From: Dehalococcoidia bacterium
Lineage (GTDB): Bacteria; Chloroflexota; Dehalococcoidia; SM23-28-2
Direction of reading: 5' to 3'
NCBI GenBank assembly: GCA_020356025.1
Contig: CP070630.1
Span: forward strand, 1,311,343-1,375,342
DNA: 64,000 bases
Within the stretch, counting starts at the first letter, position 1; each line of letters begins with the position of its first letter. The position numbers and the translations under genes were made by a program. The notes beneath the pieces are model-generated. The model was not told where the DNA came from, did not search any database, and saw only the letters and a list, made by a program, of their open reading frames with translations. Positions 54,451 to 62,858 of this stretch are shown here, piece after piece.

Positions 54451-56270
54451 GGAGATTCCTTCGGGATTACCACGCCCGGCCTGAGCGCGATGTGCAGCTC
54501 CTTCAGCTGAGCATCGGAGACCGTGGACGGCGCGCCGAACAGAGGGTCGGAGGCGGTCTTCGTCTTGGGGAAGGCGATCACCTCCCGAATGTCCCGCTCG
54601 CCGGCCAGGATCATCACGGTGCGGTCGAGGCCGGTGGCGATGCCGCCGTGCGGCGGCGCCCCATACTCGAAAGCCTCCAGCATGTGGCCGAAACGGTCCT
54701 GCGCCTCCTCGGGCGCGATCCGCAGCAGGCTGAACATCTTCTCTTGCACGTCACGGCGATGAATACGGATGCTCCCGCCGGCTATCTCCCAGCCGTTGCA
54801 GACCAGGTCGTAGGCGCGGGCACGAACGCGGCCGGGGTCGGTATCCATGAGAGGCACGTCCTCTTCTTTAGGAGAGGTGAAGGGATGATGCACAGGGTCC
54901 CAGCGCTCTTCATCCTCGTTCCAGCCCAGGAGAGGGAAGTCAGTGGTGAAGCAGAAGACGAACAGGCCCTCGTCGATCAAATCCAGGCGCCGGGCCATCT
55001 CCCGCCGCAGGCCGTCCAACGCCTGGCCAACCTGCTCCTCCTGATCGGCCACCATGATGATCAGGTCGCCGCGGCTGGCACCGGCTCGGGCGGCGATGGC
55101 CCGTACTTCCTCCAGGCGCAGGTGGCGGTGCATAGGCGAACGAAACTCCTCGGCGGTCAGTTCCTCCACAGGCCCTTCACCCGTCAAGCCGATAGATATG
55201 AGCCCCTTGCCGCCGACAGTCTTGACGAATGCAGTGAGTTCATCGATCTGACGGCGGCCAAGGGCAGCACCGCCGGGGGCGCAGATGGCCCGCACCACTC
55301 CGCCGGCGGCCAGTGTCTGCTGGAAGACCGTGAACTCCGATTCGCTCAGCAGGTCAGAGACGTCCACCAGCTCCATGCCGAAGCGCAGGTCTGGCTTGTC
55401 GGTGCCGTAGCGGCGCATCGCCTCGGCGTAGGTGAGGCGAGGGAAGGGCTTGATGAGCCGCACGTCCGGCCGAAGCGTCTCCACCATCGCCGTGTGGAGG
55501 TCCTCCATCAGGTTCAGCATATCCTCTTCGTTTATGAAGCTTATCTCCATGTCGAGCTGAGTGAACTCTGGCTGCCGGTCGGCCCGCAGGTCCTCGTCAC
55601 GGAAGCAGTGGGCGATCTGGAAGTACCGCTCGAAGCCGGACACCATCAGCAGTTGTTTGAGCTGCTGGGGCGACTGAGGCAGGGCGTAGAAGCGGCCGGG
55701 GTTGACGCGGCTGGGCACCAGGTAGTCGCGCGCCCCCTCGGGCGTGCTCTTGATGAGGATAGGTGTCTCCACCTCTATGAACCCCCGCTCGCTGAGGAAA
55801 CTGCGAATGAACTGTACTATCTTGTGGCGGAAGACAACGTTTCGGTGCATGCGCTCCCGCCGCAGGTCCAGGTAGCGATAGCGCAGGCGTAGCAGGTCCT
55901 CAACCTCCGTCTCCTCATTGATGTAGAAGGGCGGGGTCTTCGATGGGTTGAGAAGGGTCGCACCCTGAGCGCGCACCTCGACCTCACCCGTGGCCATCTC
56001 GCGGTTCTCCGTGCCCGGCGGCCGCCGCCCCACCGTGCCCTTCACCTGGATCACGTACTCGCTCCGCACGTCGCTGGCCACAGCGTGGGCCTCCTCGGCC
56101 TCCTTGGGGCTGAACACCACCTGGACGATGCCTTCGTGGTCGCGCAGGTCGATGAAAATGAGGCTGCCGTGGTCGCGACGCCGGTGCACCCAGCCAGCCA
56201 GGGCTACCTCCTGGCCTTCGTGCTCGGCGCGCAACTCGCCGCAGCTATGGGACTTAAGGTATGTTTTCAT
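54447..56270 (-). CDS. aspS: aspartate--tRNA ligase (bacterial type, possibly non-discriminating)
   Basis: OB-fold N-terminus (GWVHRRRDHGSLIFIDLRD). Class-II motifs (FRDEDLRADRQPEFTQLD, GGSIRIH, APPHGGIATGLDR) and a GAD insertion. Confidence 0.96.
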   Translation of the reverse strand: MKTYLKSHSCGELRAEHEGQEVALAGWVHRRRDHGSLIFIDLRDHEGIVQVVFSPKEAEEAHAVASDVRSEYVIQVKGTVGRRPPGTENREMATGEVEVRAQGATLLNPSKTPPFYINEETEVEDLLRLRYRYLDLRRERMHRNVVFRHKIVQFIRSFLSERGFIEVETPILIKSTPEGARDYLVPSRVNPGRFYALPQSPQQLKQLLMVSGFERYFQIAHCFRDEDLRADRQPEFTQLDMEISFINEEDMLNLMEDLHTAMVETLRPDVRLIKPFPRLTYAEAMRRYGTDKPDLRFGMELVDVSDLLSESEFTVFQQTLAAGGVVRAICAPGGAALGRRQIDELTAFVKTVGGKGLISIGLTGEGPVEELTAEEFRSPMHRHLRLEEVRAIAARAGASRGDLIIMVADQEEQVGQALDGLRREMARRLDLIDEGLFVFCFTTDFPLLGWNEDEERWDPVHHPFTSPKEEDVPLMDTDPGRVRARAYDLVCNGWEIAGGSIRIHRRDVQEKMFSLLRIAPEEAQDRFGHMLEAFEYGAPPHGGIATGLDRTVMILAGERDIREVIAFPKTKTASDPLFGAPSTVSDAQLKELHIALRPGVVIPKESP

Positions 56271-56279
56271 GATAACCAG

Positions 56280-56308
56280 AGTTTCGCATGGCCTCTACGC
56301 AAAGTCAA
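56280..56308 (-). promoter_or_regulatory. putative aspS promoter (near-leaderless)
   Basis: Minus strand: TTGACT, 17 nt spacer, TGCGAAACT. Only 9 nt lie between the -10 and ATG 56270, and there is no SD. Confidence 0.35.
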
Positions 56309-56310
56309 CG

Positions 56311-56339
56311 TTGCCGCCCTAGAAAGGCGGTGCTACGAT
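56311..56339 (+). promoter_or_regulatory. putative hemW promoter
   Basis: TTGCCG, 17 nt spacer, TACGAT, with the TGC extension (TGCTACGAT at 56331-56339). Back-to-back with the aspS promoter. Confidence 0.45.
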
Positions 56340-56352
56340 TCCAGTAGGTGTT

Positions 56353-57549
56353 ATGAGCAACGGAAGCGTCAGCCTGTACGTCCACATCCCCTTCTGCCGG
56401 TCCAAGTGCTCCTACTGCGACTTCAACTCCTACGCCGGCCTGGAGTCGCTCATCGAGCCCTACGTCGGCGCTCTGCTCGCTGAGATGGCGCTGTGGCGAG
56501 AGGCCACACAGCACATGGACGTGGCCACCGCCTTCCTCGGCGGCGGCACCCCCAGCGTCCTGCCCCTGACGGAGGTGGAGCGCATCATGACCGCCCTCCG
56601 CCAGCACTTTCTCTTGACCGACGACGCCGAGGTCTCCTTCGAGGCCAATCCGGGGACAGTCGATCGCGCCTACCTTCAGGCGCTGCGCTCGCTGGGGGTG
56701 AACCGCCTAAGCCTGGGCGTGCAGAGCTTCCACGCTGACGAACTGGCCACGTTGGGTCGCATCCACACGGCAGCGGAGGCCCGCGAGGCCTTCGATACGG
56801 CGCGCCGGGCGGGCTTCGACAACGTCAACCTGGACCTGATCTACGGCCTGCCCCGCCAGACGATGGCCGCCTGGCAGGATACGTTGAGAGAAGCCGTCGC
56901 CCTGCGGCCCGACCACCTATCGCTGTACGCCCTGACGCTGGAGGAGGGCACCCCCTTGGCCGACGACGTGGCCCACGGCCGCCTGCCCCCACCCGATACT
57001 GATCTGACCGCCGATATGTACCTCTGGGCCGGGGATGCGCTAGCAGCGGCTGGCTACCAGCACTACGAGATCTCCAACTGGGCCCTGCCGAACCGCCAGT
57101 GCCGCCACAACCTCGCCTACTGGCTGAACGAACCGTATCTCGGATTGGGGGCCGGCGCTCACTCTTGCTTTGGCGGCTTCCGCTTCGCCAACGTCAAAGA
57201 CCCGCACCGCTACGTCCCGCTGGTGGAAGAAAGCGCGCTGGGCGATGGCCGGCCCGCCGAGGGTCTCCCTCCCTTCCTGGCAGGCCTCCGCCACATCGCC
57301 TCCACCGAGCAGATGACAGCCGCTCGCGCGATGGCCGAGACGGTCGTCCTCGGCCTGCGCCTGACAGACGGGCTTCCCCTTAAGGAATTCCGCCGCCGCT
57401 TCGGGCAAGAGCTGATCTCCGTGTACGGCGCTCAGGTGCAAGAACTGGAGGCCGTTGGCCTCCTGGAGCAAGCCGACGGCTGCCTTCGCCTCACGGCCAG
57501 CGCCCGCCTGCTGGGCAACGAGGTCTTCCAGCGTTTCCTGCCCGACTAG
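56353..57549 (+). CDS. hemW: radical SAM haem chaperone / oxygen-independent coproporphyrinogen-III-oxidase-like protein
   Basis: [17 protein letters not shown] radical-SAM CxxxCxxC motif and a HemN_C domain. Confidence 0.9.
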   Translation: MSNGSVSLYVHIPFCRSKCSYCDFNSYAGLESLIEPYVGALLAEMALWREATQHMDVATAFLGGGTPSVLPLTEVERIMTALRQHFLLTDDAEVSFEANPGTVDRAYLQALRSLGVNRLSLGVQSFHADELATLGRIHTAAEAREAFDTARRAGFDNVNLDLIYGLPRQTMAAWQDTLREAVALRPDHLSLYALTLEEGTPLADDVAHGRLPPPDTDLTADMYLWAGDALAAAGYQHYEISNWALPNRQCRHNLAYWLNEPYLGLGAGAHSCFGGFRFANVKDPHRYVPLVEESALGDGRPAEGLPPFLAGLRHIASTEQMTAARAMAETVVLGLRLTDGLPLKEFRRRFGQELISVYGAQVQELEAVGLLEQADGCLRLTASARLLGNEVFQRFLPD

Positions 57550-58580
57550 GCCAGACCGTGCAGTTCCTTCACCGCCGACAGCAGCGGCTCGATGTCCGGC
57601 CCCCAGCCGCCAGGACCGGAGCCCATCGGGTCGGGCACGAAAGGATTGCCCAGCAGCACGTCGAGGCAGGTGCGCAGCGACCAGGCCAGCGCGTCGCCCG
57701 CATAGCCACCCTCCAGCACAAACATCAGCCGCCCCTCGCACAACTCCTCTGCCGCATCACGCAGGATGAGGGCTAGTTCCCGGTAGCCAGCGCAGCTCAT
57801 ACGCATGCTGGCCAGGGGGTCCCGGAAGTGAGCGTCGAAGCCGGCGGAGACGAGGATGAGCTGCGGCTGAAAGCGATGCAGCACCGGCACCAGCACCTCC
57901 TGAAACGCCTGACGGTACTCGTCATCACCGCAGCCCATTGGCAGGGGCAGGTTCACCGTATAGCCACGGCCCTCGCCCCCGCCTGTCTCCCGCCAGGAGC
58001 CGGTGCCTGGATAGAAGGGGGCCAGATGGGTCGAGAAGTAGAGCACCGACGGATCGGCGTAGAAGGCGTCCTGAGTGCCGTTACCGTGGTGCACATCGAA
58101 GTCAACGATGGCCACCCTCTCCAGATTCCGCCGCACCTGGGCGTGTTTGGCAGCGATGGCCACGTTGTTGAACAAGCAGAAGCCCATCGGCCGGTCGGGG
58201 GTGGCATGGTGACCGGGCGGCCGCACCAGACAGAAGGCCGAATCTATCTTGTCGTTTAGGATAGCATCCGCCGCCTGCAGGCAGCCGCCCACCGCCCGCA
58301 GCGCCACCGCGTACGACTTGCGGCAGACCGCTGTGTCCGCCTCCAGCCAGCGCTGCCCCGATTCCGTGCTCTCGCGCACCCAGCGGATCATCTCCGGATC
58401 GTGCACCAGCTCCAGGTCGGCCTCGCTGGCGTCGACGGCGGGGACAGAGATGAGAGAAGAGAGCAGTCCGCACTCTTCCAGGAGCGCCAGAATGGAAAGC
58501 AACCGGCTGGAGTTCTCCGGATGCTCGCCCGTATCGTGTTCCAGGTAGAAGGGGTCGTAGACCCAACCCACGCGTGGCAT
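57546..58580 (-). CDS. histone-deacetylase-family (class II / AcuC / acetylpolyamine amidohydrolase-like) deacetylase
   Basis: RPPGHHA and [11 protein letters not shown] Zn/catalytic motifs, and GGY near the C-terminus. Confidence 0.9.
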   Translation of the reverse strand: MPRVGWVYDPFYLEHDTGEHPENSSRLLSILALLEECGLLSSLISVPAVDASEADLELVHDPEMIRWVRESTESGQRWLEADTAVCRKSYAVALRAVGGCLQAADAILNDKIDSAFCLVRPPGHHATPDRPMGFCLFNNVAIAAKHAQVRRNLERVAIVDFDVHHGNGTQDAFYADPSVLYFSTHLAPFYPGTGSWRETGGGEGRGYTVNLPLPMGCGDDEYRQAFQEVLVPVLHRFQPQLILVSAGFDAHFRDPLASMRMSCAGYRELALILRDAAEELCEGRLMFVLEGGYAGDALAWSLRTCLDVLLGNPFVPDPMGSGPGGWGPDIEPLLSAVKELHGLA

Positions 58581-58667
58581 AATCGACTCGCCATTCTATG
58601 GTAGCAGACGCCTCCCCACGCCACAACGAGACTGCCCCAGAAAGCCCTTTGTTCCCTCCCTGGCCTA

Positions 58668-58676
58668 TGCTATGAT
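58668..58676 (+). promoter_or_regulatory. extended -10 TGCTATGAT upstream of selB
   Basis: Located 61 nt upstream of ATG 58737. A second -10-like TATATA ends 6 nt before the ATG, and there is no SD, so a leaderless alternative is possible. Confidence 0.35.
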
Positions 58677-58736
58677 CGGCCACGAGCCGCTTGACCCGTG
58701 CATCCCTCTTGACAGCCGTCGTACTATATAGAACAG

Positions 58737-60617
58737 ATGTACGTTATAGGCACCGCTGGCCACGTCGATCATGGCAAGTCGGCCCAGGTGAAGGCCCTCA
58801 CCGGCATCGACCCCGACCGCCACCAGGAGGAGAAGGAGCGCGAGATGACCATCGACCTGGGCTTCGCCTGGCTCAAGCTCCCCGGCGGCCAGGAGGTGAG
58901 CATCGTCGACGTCCCCGGCCACGAGCGGTTCATCAAGAACATGCTGGCCGGCGTGGGCGGCATCGACCTGGCCCTGCTGGTTATCGCCGCCGACGAAAGC
59001 GTCATGCCCCAGACCCGCGAGCACCTGGCCATCCTCGACCTGCTGGACGTGCACCGAGGCATCGTGGCTATCTCCAAGAAGGACCTGGTGGACAGCGAGC
59101 TGCTACCCCTGGTGGAGGCCGACGCCGCCGAGACCATCGCCGACACTACCCTGGAGGGCTCACCCATCGTGATCTGCTCCGCTGTCACCGGCGATGGTCT
59201 CACCGAACTACTGGACGCCATCGAGAAGACGCTGGCCCAGATACCCCCCAAGCGCGACCTCGGCCGTCCTCGCCTGCCCATCGACCGTGCCTTCACAGTG
59301 GCCGGCTTCGGCACCGTCGTTACCGGCACCCTCGTGGACGGCTCCTTCAAGGCAGGGCAGGAAGTGGAGATCGTCCCCGGCGGCCCCAAGTCGCGCATCC
59401 GGGGCATGCAGACCCACCAGCGCAAACTGGAAGAGGCCGAGCCCGGCCGCCGCCTGGCCCTGAACCTGGCAGGCATCTCCCCCCGCGATCTGCGACGGGG
59501 CATGGTGGTCACGAACCCCGGATGGCTTCGCCCCACCACAGCCATCGATGTGCGCCTGCGGGCCGTGAGCTATCTGCCGCGGCCGATTCGCCACAACCTT
59601 CAGGTCTCCTTCCACAGCGGCTCCAGCGAGGTAGCCGGCCGCGTCCTCCTCCTCGACCACGACGAACTGGCAGCCGGCCAGACCGCCTGGGCCCAGATCC
59701 GTCTGGAGGAACCGCTGGCGGTGGCCCCCGGCGACTTCTTCGTCATCCGCTCGCCCAACGACACCCTGGGCGGCGGCAAGGTGGTGGACACCCACGTGCG
59801 GCGCCATCGCCGCTTCCATCAGCCCACCCTCGAGACGCTGGAGAAGATGGACCGCGGCTCCCCGGAGGACATGCTGCTCATCACCCTGTCGCGCCTGGAG
59901 CCCTGCCAAGTGAGCCAGCTTGCTCGCCACACAGAATTGGCCTCCGACCAGGTGCTGGCGGCGGCCGCCGCTCTGGTCGACGGCGGCCGTGCCCTTACCC
60001 TGAGCGCCCAAAAGCTTGGCCCCGCCTCGCTCCTCTACAGCACCCAAGGGTTCGCCGACCTCACCGTGCGGGCAAGGGATGTCCTCTCGACCCTCCACCG
60101 CCAGCGTCCGCTGCGCCGAGGCGTCGCTAGGGAGGAGTTACGCAGCCGCCTCGGGCTCGACCCGCGAGCCTTTGATGCCGCCGTGGCCACCTGGCTGGAG
60201 CGAGGAGACGTTCGTGAGGAGGCAGGCGCCCTGGCCCTGCCCGAACATGCGCCGAGCCTAAGTCCGGCCCAGCAGGCCACTGCCGACGCCTTCCTCGCTT
60301 CTCTTCGGGCCAAGCCTTACACGCCGCCCACCGATAGCCTTCCCGATCCCGATCTCCTGGCCTATCTGGAGGAAGAGGGCCAGATCGTACGGGCGGACGA
60401 CAGCATCGCCTTTGCCAGGGAGGCCTATGAGGAAATGGCCTCCCGCATCGTCGAGCACCTGAAGGCCCAGGGCACCATCACCCTCGCCCAGGTGCGCGAC
60501 ATGTTCGCCACCAGCCGCAAGTATGCCCAGGCCCTCCTGGAGTACCTGGACGAGCAGCGCATCACCCGCCGCGTCGGTGACGAACGAGTCTTGCGCCGGA
60601 AGGCGGACACTGGCTAG
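58737..60617 (+). CDS. selB: selenocysteine-specific translation elongation factor
   Basis: MYVIGTAGHVDHGKS G1 motif, DVPGHERF and SKKD. EF-Tu-like domains II/III, then a long C-terminal winged-helix extension (about 626 aa in total), as in bacterial SelB. Confidence 0.9.
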   Translation: MYVIGTAGHVDHGKSAQVKALTGIDPDRHQEEKEREMTIDLGFAWLKLPGGQEVSIVDVPGHERFIKNMLAGVGGIDLALLVIAADESVMPQTREHLAILDLLDVHRGIVAISKKDLVDSELLPLVEADAAETIADTTLEGSPIVICSAVTGDGLTELLDAIEKTLAQIPPKRDLGRPRLPIDRAFTVAGFGTVVTGTLVDGSFKAGQEVEIVPGGPKSRIRGMQTHQRKLEEAEPGRRLALNLAGISPRDLRRGMVVTNPGWLRPTTAIDVRLRAVSYLPRPIRHNLQVSFHSGSSEVAGRVLLLDHDELAAGQTAWAQIRLEEPLAVAPGDFFVIRSPNDTLGGGKVVDTHVRRHRRFHQPTLETLEKMDRGSPEDMLLITLSRLEPCQVSQLARHTELASDQVLAAAAALVDGGRALTLSAQKLGPASLLYSTQGFADLTVRARDVLSTLHRQRPLRRGVAREELRSRLGLDPRAFDAAVATWLERGDVREEAGALALPEHAPSLSPAQQATADAFLASLRAKPYTPPTDSLPDPDLLAYLEEEGQIVRADDSIAFAREAYEEMASRIVEHLKAQGTITLAQVRDMFATSRKYAQALLEYLDEQRITRRVGDERVLRRKADTG

Positions 60618-60629
60618 GAGAAAAATGAA

Positions 60630-61001
60630 ATGGCAGAGATGAATCCAGCAGCCGTTTGTGGGATCTACTGCGGACGTTGCGAATACCTGGAAGAAACGTG
60701 CAAGGGATGCAGTGCAGAGAAAGGAAAGGTCTTCTGGACAAAATTGGAGGAAATCCCTTGGGATACCTGCCCAATCTGGGAGTGCTGTGTGGAACAGAAA
60801 CGACTTGAGCACTGCGGCCTCTGCTCCGACCTCCCCTGCGACACGTACCTCGCTTTGAAGGACCCTAATGACCCGCAGGCCGATCTGCACAAGAGGGAAT
60901 GCATCGAGAGTCTTAAGCATCGCGCGGAAGTTGGAACAAGGAGATGGCTCGAAGAGCAAGAGCGGCTGCCCAAGAGCCGAAGTCCTTCCGCCAGCGACTA
61001 G
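60630..61001 (+). CDS. DUF3795-like Cys-rich protein
   Basis: CGIYCGRCEY...CKGC...CPIWECC...CGLCSDLPCD pattern. 12 nt after the selB stop, with AGGAG SD. Confidence 0.65.
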   Translation: MAEMNPAAVCGIYCGRCEYLEETCKGCSAEKGKVFWTKLEEIPWDTCPIWECCVEQKRLEHCGLCSDLPCDTYLALKDPNDPQADLHKRECIESLKHRAEVGTRRWLEEQERLPKSRSPSASD

Positions 61002-61023
61002 ACGCTGAGAAAGTGAGCGCAGA

Positions 61024-62277
61024 ATGACCCTGGACTTCCAGCGCCTCGCCAAGCAGCTAGACGACCTGGCGCCGCGCCTGAGGGAGCAAGCCGAGGAGGG
61101 CCGAGCGCGCCTGCCTCAAGCCCTGGACGCCGCCCGTGCCTGGGCCGACCGGCCCGACAGCCTGCGCGAGCGCCTGAACGCAGCCAGCACCAGTTGGCTC
61201 CTGGCCGAACCGCTGGGCGAGCCCATCGACGCCACCTTTCCCGCTCCCCCGGTCCCCGACGAGTACGTTGCGCTGGCCAGCGACGGCTCCCACGTCGATG
61301 TGGACCGCCACAGCCCTGTCTCCTGCTACCTGCTGAACATGGGCCGCGTCCGCATCCGCTACGGCAGCCAGCCCGAAGCCGACCTGGCCAGCCAGCCAGA
61401 GCTCGCGTTCGAGGACGAACGCCTCGTCCTGAGCGACCGCAGCGACGCCAGCCACGAGGACGTGCTATCGGGCAACCTTCTCGCTGCCCTGCGCAGCGTG
61501 CGCGAAGTCGAACTGCTGGCCCGGCTCGCCACCGAGGAGGACAGCGGCCTGCCCACCCTCGCTCTCCTTGACGGCACGCTCGTGCTCTGGGGCCTGGCGC
61601 GCAGGGAGCTTCGCGGCGAAGTCAAGCGGGTCTTGCTAGACGAAGGCATCATCCGCGCCCTGGACGACCTCAAGACGCTGGCCGGCCAGAAGCCTATCGC
61701 TCTGGCCAGCTACATCAGCCACCCCGGCGGCAGCGAGGTCGCCCACACCCTGCGCCTGGCCGTCTGCCCCCTCCCCCAGGCCCAGCCGCCCCGGCCCGTC
61801 GACTGCCGCCGCTGCCCCCGCGAGGCAGACGAACCCAGGCCCTGCGATGCCGTCGGGCTGACCTCCGACCGCCCGCTCTTCAGAGCGCTGCTGGGGCCGG
61901 GCCAGCGGAGCGCCGTCTTTCGGCGAACAAACCTGGAGCCCACCTCCATCGAGAAGCAATTCTACAGCCAACACAGCGTAGCCTTCTTCTACCTGCGCAC
62001 GCCCGACGGTGTGCCCGACGACATAGCACGAGTGGAGATGCCGCTGTGGATCGGCCAGGACGAGCAAAAGGTCGGCCTTCTCCACACCCTCCTGATCGAC
62101 CAGTGCCGCCGTGGGCTCGGCTATCCCCTGGCGATCATGGAGGCCCACGAGCAGGCTGTGATCGGCGGCCCCGAGCGCGAGGCCTTTCGGCGACTGCTCG
62201 AGGCCCAGGTGACGGCGGAAGGGTTTTCCACCGCCCCATCCGGCAAGGACCTTAGTAAGCGAGCGCGTTGGCTATGA
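61024..62277 (+). CDS. nurA: NurA-domain 5'-3' nuclease
   Basis: NurA catalytic-core patterns: VALASDGSHVD (Asp), LALLDGTLVLWG, and C-terminal GYPLAIMEAHEQAVI. About 417 aa. Confidence 0.8.
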   Translation: MTLDFQRLAKQLDDLAPRLREQAEEGRARLPQALDAARAWADRPDSLRERLNAASTSWLLAEPLGEPIDATFPAPPVPDEYVALASDGSHVDVDRHSPVSCYLLNMGRVRIRYGSQPEADLASQPELAFEDERLVLSDRSDASHEDVLSGNLLAALRSVREVELLARLATEEDSGLPTLALLDGTLVLWGLARRELRGEVKRVLLDEGIIRALDDLKTLAGQKPIALASYISHPGGSEVAHTLRLAVCPLPQAQPPRPVDCRRCPREADEPRPCDAVGLTSDRPLFRALLGPGQRSAVFRRTNLEPTSIEKQFYSQHSVAFFYLRTPDGVPDDIARVEMPLWIGQDEQKVGLLHTLLIDQCRRGLGYPLAIMEAHEQAVIGGPEREAFRRLLEAQVTAEGFSTAPSGKDLSKRARWL

Positions 62278-62858
62278 ACAGCAAAGAGTCCCCAGAGATC
62301 ATCGGCCAGGTTGTGGCGGCGGACATCGCCTCCTTCACCGCCCAGAGCATCGAGCTTCACCGGGCACCGCCCCTGGGCAGCCTGGTGCAGACCGACGGCC
62401 CGATTTACGCCGTCGTCTGCGATGCCCGCACCGAGAGCGTCGAGGGGCGACGGCCGGTCGCTCACCTGTCCGGCGAGACCGACCTGCAATCCTTCCTCGA
62501 CGCCAACCCCCACCTCCGCCACCTCCTGCGCACCACCTTCGATGCCGTGGTGGTGGGTCACGGGGAGAGCGCTACCCTCCGCCACTACCTGCCACCCCAT
62601 CCTGCCCCCATCTTCGCCCCCCTGCGTCTCTGCCCCCAGGAGGAGGTGGCTCGCTTCAGCGAAAGCCTGGACTTCCTCAAGCTGCTCCTCTCGGCCGCCG
62701 ACAACAGCGACGAGGTAGCGGCGGCCTGCCTGCGCCTGGCCAGCGCCGCTCATCCCGACCCCCGCGCCTTCCTGCTGACGGCCGGCAAAGAGCTGGCGCG
62801 CCTGCTGCCCAACGAGCCCCAACGTCTCACCGCTATCCTCAGGAGGATCCGACCATGA
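62274..62858 (+). CDS. hypothetical protein, possible HAS-barrel-like N-terminus, third member of the nurA/herA operon
   Basis: The ATG at 62274 overlaps the nurA TGA (ATGA), and its own TGA overlaps the herA ATG (ATGA at 62855-62858). The N-terminal IIGQVVAADIASFTAQSIELHRAPPLGSLVQTDGPIYAVVCDARTE resembles the beta-barrel opening of HerA proteins. No family recognised. Confidence 0.55.
   Translation: MNSKESPEIIGQVVAADIASFTAQSIELHRAPPLGSLVQTDGPIYAVVCDARTESVEGRRPVAHLSGETDLQSFLDANPHLRHLLRTTFDAVVVGHGESATLRHYLPPHPAPIFAPLRLCPQEEVARFSESLDFLKLLLSAADNSDEVAAACLRLASAAHPDPRAFLLTAGKELARLLPNEPQRLTAILRRIRP

Noticed and set aside
58691-60130. 479-aa Arg/Pro-rich ORF in an alternative plus frame over selB, plus the 258- and 296-aa minus-strand ORFs over selB
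   Set aside because: Extreme Arg/Pro/Gly composition, characteristic of off-frame translation of GC-rich coding DNA. The selB frame carries all the GTPase motifs.
58581-61023. Search for tRNA-Sec, SECIS hairpins or TGA-interrupted selenoprotein genes near selB
   Set aside because: No cloverleaf-like sequence was visible in any intergenic region of the window, and no adjacent same-frame ORF pair is split by a single TGA. Nothing is supportable without a genome-wide scan.
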